Source: Anaeromyxobacteraceae bacterium (GTDB lineage: Bacteria > Myxococcota > Myxococcia > Myxococcales > Anaeromyxobacteraceae). From it: a DNA stretch of 64,000 nucleotides. The notes below the pieces were generated by a model. That model was not told the DNA's origin. It did not search any database and saw only the letters and a list, made by a program, of their open reading frames with translations. The stretch covers positions 1,024,001 through 1,088,000 of the forward strand of contig JASGHJ010000002.1 in assembly GCA_047602405.1 (NCBI GenBank). Direction: 5' to 3'. The translations under genes and the position numbers were made by a program. Positions 61,418 through 64,000 of the stretch are shown here, piece after piece. Positions within the stretch are counted from its first letter, which is position 1; every line of letters begins with the position of its first letter.

Positions 61418-63637
61418 TCAGCGCACCGTCCCGGTGGGGCTCCGGCCGGCCTTTCCCTCGTCCGCCGCCGTGTCGGGCGCCCCGGCCGCGGGCGCCTCGC
61501 CGGCGCGGAGCGCCGGGCCGAGCTGCAGGCGGGCCGTGGCGAGGTCCCGCAGCTCGAGCGTCGGGGCGTTCGCGGCGAGGTGCGTGAGGGCGGCCCGGCC
61601 CTGCGCGCCGGTCTGGAAGGAGAGGAGGTACTCGAGCCGGGGCAGGGCGCTCGCCACCGGCGCCGCCTCGAGCGCCACGAGCTCGGACTCGAACGCCGCG
61701 CCGATCGAGGCGCCGCAGAGGGTGTACAGGGTCGAGTCGTAGCGCGGGACCGGCGCGGCGCCGAGCGTGGCCACGAGGGCGGCGCGCCAGGCGTCGCCGC
61801 CGGACGACCAGCGCGCGCAGGCCCGCCGGAGCGCGTAGCGCCGGGCGTAGTCGGAGTCGAGGCCGGCGAGGAAGCCCGCGAGGTCCGCGGGCTGCATCGA
61901 CGGGATCGTCCGCAGCAGGGCCCGCTCCTGGTGGCCCGCCGACCGCGAGAGGAACGGCGCCAGGCTGCCGCGGGAGACGTCGTCGGGCGCGAGCGCGCCG
62001 GCGATGGCGGCGTCGGCGTCCGTGTGGCTCGAGGCCTCGCGCTCGTCGAGGGCGGCGTACCCGCCCGGCTCGACGAGGACGCTCCCGGTGCTGCCCGGGG
62101 CGAGGGGGACGGCGTCGGCCACCCCCGATGCGGAGACGCGGGTCGCGGAGAGTGGGGCGATGAACGCGCCCGCGGAGCCGGTGGGCGTGAACGAGAGCTG
62201 GACCCCGCTCGCGACGTCGGCCCGCGTGGCGCCGTCGCCCGGGGCGCCCTTCACCGTCAGCTCCGCGAGCGCCTTCTGGAGGTCGGCCTCGCCGAGGGCC
62301 GGCGCGAACGCGCGCAGGAAGTCCTCGCCGGTCGCGCTGTCGTGGGCGTGGGCGTCGAGGAACGCCCGGAGGCTCGCCCAGAACGCCGCCTCGCCCACGC
62401 GCGCCCGGACCTGCGTGATCAGCGTGGCCGACCGCTGGTAGGGGCCGGTCGTGTACTTCTGGAGGCCCACCAGCGAGGGATCGACGATCGCGTGGTCGGG
62501 GTTGAAGGCGAAGTCGATCCCGAACAGCCGCCCGCTCGCGCTCCGGTCGCGGGATCCCCGCTGCGCCTCCGCGGCGAGCAAGGTCGCCATGCCCTCCTTC
62601 ACCCAGACGTCGTCGTAGGCCCGCATCGTGACCCAGTCGCCGAACCAGTGGTGCGCGAGCTCGTGCGCCGAGAGGCTGAAGTTGCGCCACCCGAGGTGGC
62701 CGCTCTCGGCGTCGAAGGTGATCGTCGCGTTCTCCATGCCGCCGCCGAAGGGCGCCGGGAGCAGCACGACCGAGTACCGGGAGAAGCGATACGGCCCGAG
62801 CAGCGCCTCGAACCGCGCCATCGCCTCCTCGACGTCGTCGAGGTTCCCGGCGGCGTCGACCGCGAGGCCGCGCCGGTACCAGAGCGCGAGCGGCACCGGC
62901 TTCCCGCCGGCGACCGCGCTCACGTAGGTCCGCTCGACGTGCTCGAGCTCGCCCGCCGCGAACGCCATCAGGTAGGTCGGCAGCGGCACGTCGATGGCGT
63001 AGCCGACGCGCCGGCCGCCGCTCGGGAGCGCCTGATCCAGAACGCGTTCGCCGTTCGCGACCACGTCCTCGTCGGCGAGCACGTCGAGCGTGACGGAGAA
63101 CGTCGCGCGGTCGGCAGGATCGTCCTTCTCGACCATCCACAGGTGGCCCTGCCTGGGCTCGGAGTCGGTGAAGACGACCCAGGAGCGCACGGGGTCGTTC
63201 GGCGTCGAGGTCGTCTGGGCGAGGCCGCCCGACTCGGGGGTGCGGTAGTGCACCGCGAGCGTGATGGGATCGCGGCTCCCGGCGAGCTTCCCAAGCTCGA
63301 CCTTCAGCGTGGGGCCCGACGGCGTGAAGCCGAGCGCGCTCCCGCCCGAGGACACGCTCGTGACACCCGCGGGCGCGTCGAGCTCGATCGAGGAGGTGAC
63401 GCCCTTGCAGAGCGCGAGCGTGATCGTCTCGTCCACCTCGAGCATCCCGGTCGTCGCGGGGGGCACGGGCGTCCGGTCGAACCTGCCGGCGAGCGCGTAG
63501 GAGAGCGCGTCGTAGGCGCGCGCGCCGGGCACCGTGCGCCTGCAGTCCTCCGTCGCTGCGCCGGGGAACTCCTCCCGCTCGCCGCAGGCAGCGAGGAGGG
63601 TGAGGACGACGAGGCTGAGCTTGAGGTGGTCGGTCAA
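61418..63637 (-). CDS. M1-family aminopeptidase lipoprotein
   Basis: TTG start overlapping the upstream TGA; lipobox LAAC; PTYLMAF, GGMEN, HELAHHWFG(18)E, Y.R.A. Confidence 0.9.
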   Translation of the reverse strand: MTDHLKLSLVVLTLLAACGEREEFPGAATEDCRRTVPGARAYDALSYALAGRFDRTPVPPATTGMLEVDETITLALCKGVTSSIELDAPAGVTSVSSGGSALGFTPSGPTLKVELGKLAGSRDPITLAVHYRTPESGGLAQTTSTPNDPVRSWVVFTDSEPRQGHLWMVEKDDPADRATFSVTLDVLADEDVVANGERVLDQALPSGGRRVGYAIDVPLPTYLMAFAAGELEHVERTYVSAVAGGKPVPLALWYRRGLAVDAAGNLDDVEEAMARFEALLGPYRFSRYSVVLLPAPFGGGMENATITFDAESGHLGWRNFSLSAHELAHHWFGDWVTMRAYDDVWVKEGMATLLAAEAQRGSRDRSASGRLFGIDFAFNPDHAIVDPSLVGLQKYTTGPYQRSATLITQVRARVGEAAFWASLRAFLDAHAHDSATGEDFLRAFAPALGEADLQKALAELTVKGAPGDGATRADVASGVQLSFTPTGSAGAFIAPLSATRVSASGVADAVPLAPGSTGSVLVEPGGYAALDEREASSHTDADAAIAGALAPDDVSRGSLAPFLSRSAGHQERALLRTIPSMQPADLAGFLAGLDSDYARRYALRRACARWSSGGDAWRAALVATLGAAPVPRYDSTLYTLCGASIGAAFESELVALEAAPVASALPRLEYLLSFQTGAQGRAALTHLAANAPTLELRDLATARLQLGPALRAGEAPAAGAPDTAADEGKAGRSPTGTVR

Positions 63638-63999
63638 GGCGTCTTCCCCCTGGCGTTCGCGAAGGCACCGAGGCGCAGGGTGGGAGGATACGATCGCACG
63701 TGCGTGGCCGCATCCTCTCCTGCGGCGTCGGACGGGAAGGAGAGGAGGTACTCGAGGCGCGTCAGGTCGGTCGGCGCCCGCCGCGCGTCGAGCGCCACGA
63801 GCTCCGCCGAGAACCGTGCCCCGAGCCCGCCGGCGCCGCAGGCCCAGTAGCCGGACGCGAAGCGCTCGCGGGGCGGCTGCTGCAGGGCGGCCCATAGCGC
63901 GTCCTGCCAGGCCGGTTCCGCCCCGTGTCGCTTGCAGGCGGACCAGAGGAGGCGCTCCTGCGCCTGCCACGAACCCAGCGCGTCGAGGATCGGGACGAG
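63634..63999 (-). CDS. 3' end of a paralogous M1-aminopeptidase-like gene (runs off the window)
   Basis: Open frame LVPILDALGSW...FSAELVALDARRAPTDLTRLEYLLSF...PPTLRL...TGA; aligns with the C-terminus of the downstream gene (FESELVALEAAPVASALPRLEYLLSF...APTLEL). Confidence 0.75.
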   Translation of the reverse strand, partial: LVPILDALGSWQAQERLLWSACKRHGAEPAWQDALWAALQQPPRERFASGYWACGAGGLGARFSAELVALDARRAPTDLTRLEYLLSFPSDAAGEDAATHVRSYPPTLRLGAFANARGKTP

Positions 64000-64000
64000 C

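Overview
A very GC-rich chromosomal window whose gene content and codon style fit an Anaeromyxobacter-like myxobacterium (inferred, not shown). It carries about 50 CDS and three tRNAs (Glu-TTC, an atypical Glu-CTC, Lys-TTT). No integrase, transposase or CRISPR array is seen. Main modules: (i) secreted/lipoprotein cluster (TPR protein, tandem DUF2845, M66-like metalloprotease, collagen-like protein, FG-GAP lipoprotein with possible beta-pore-forming hairpins); (ii) copper handling (cupredoxin-cusB-cusA followed by cysK, and a distant copA); (iii) a translationally coupled PspA/IM30 (ESCRT-III superfamily) plus classic-clade AAA+ ATPase operon; (iv) a sigma54/EBP-linked Wzy-dependent polysaccharide locus collinear with the Myxococcus xanthus spore-coat exoA-I genes plus exoL- and exoJ-like genes, with a degenerate BY-kinase; (v) sdhCAB/frdCAB, LOG, a PA0069-type radical SAM, a Tat-exported SDR and tandem M1 aminopeptidases. 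Non-coding highlights: a ~250-nt nested inverted-repeat structure (33325-33571), a REP-like palindromic repeat with one copy inserted in-frame in copA, a decayed pseudogene, a LexA-like box, two sigma54 promoters and many probable leaderless promoters. Three genes carry single-base frameshifts, two in homopolymers, which may be sequencing errors.
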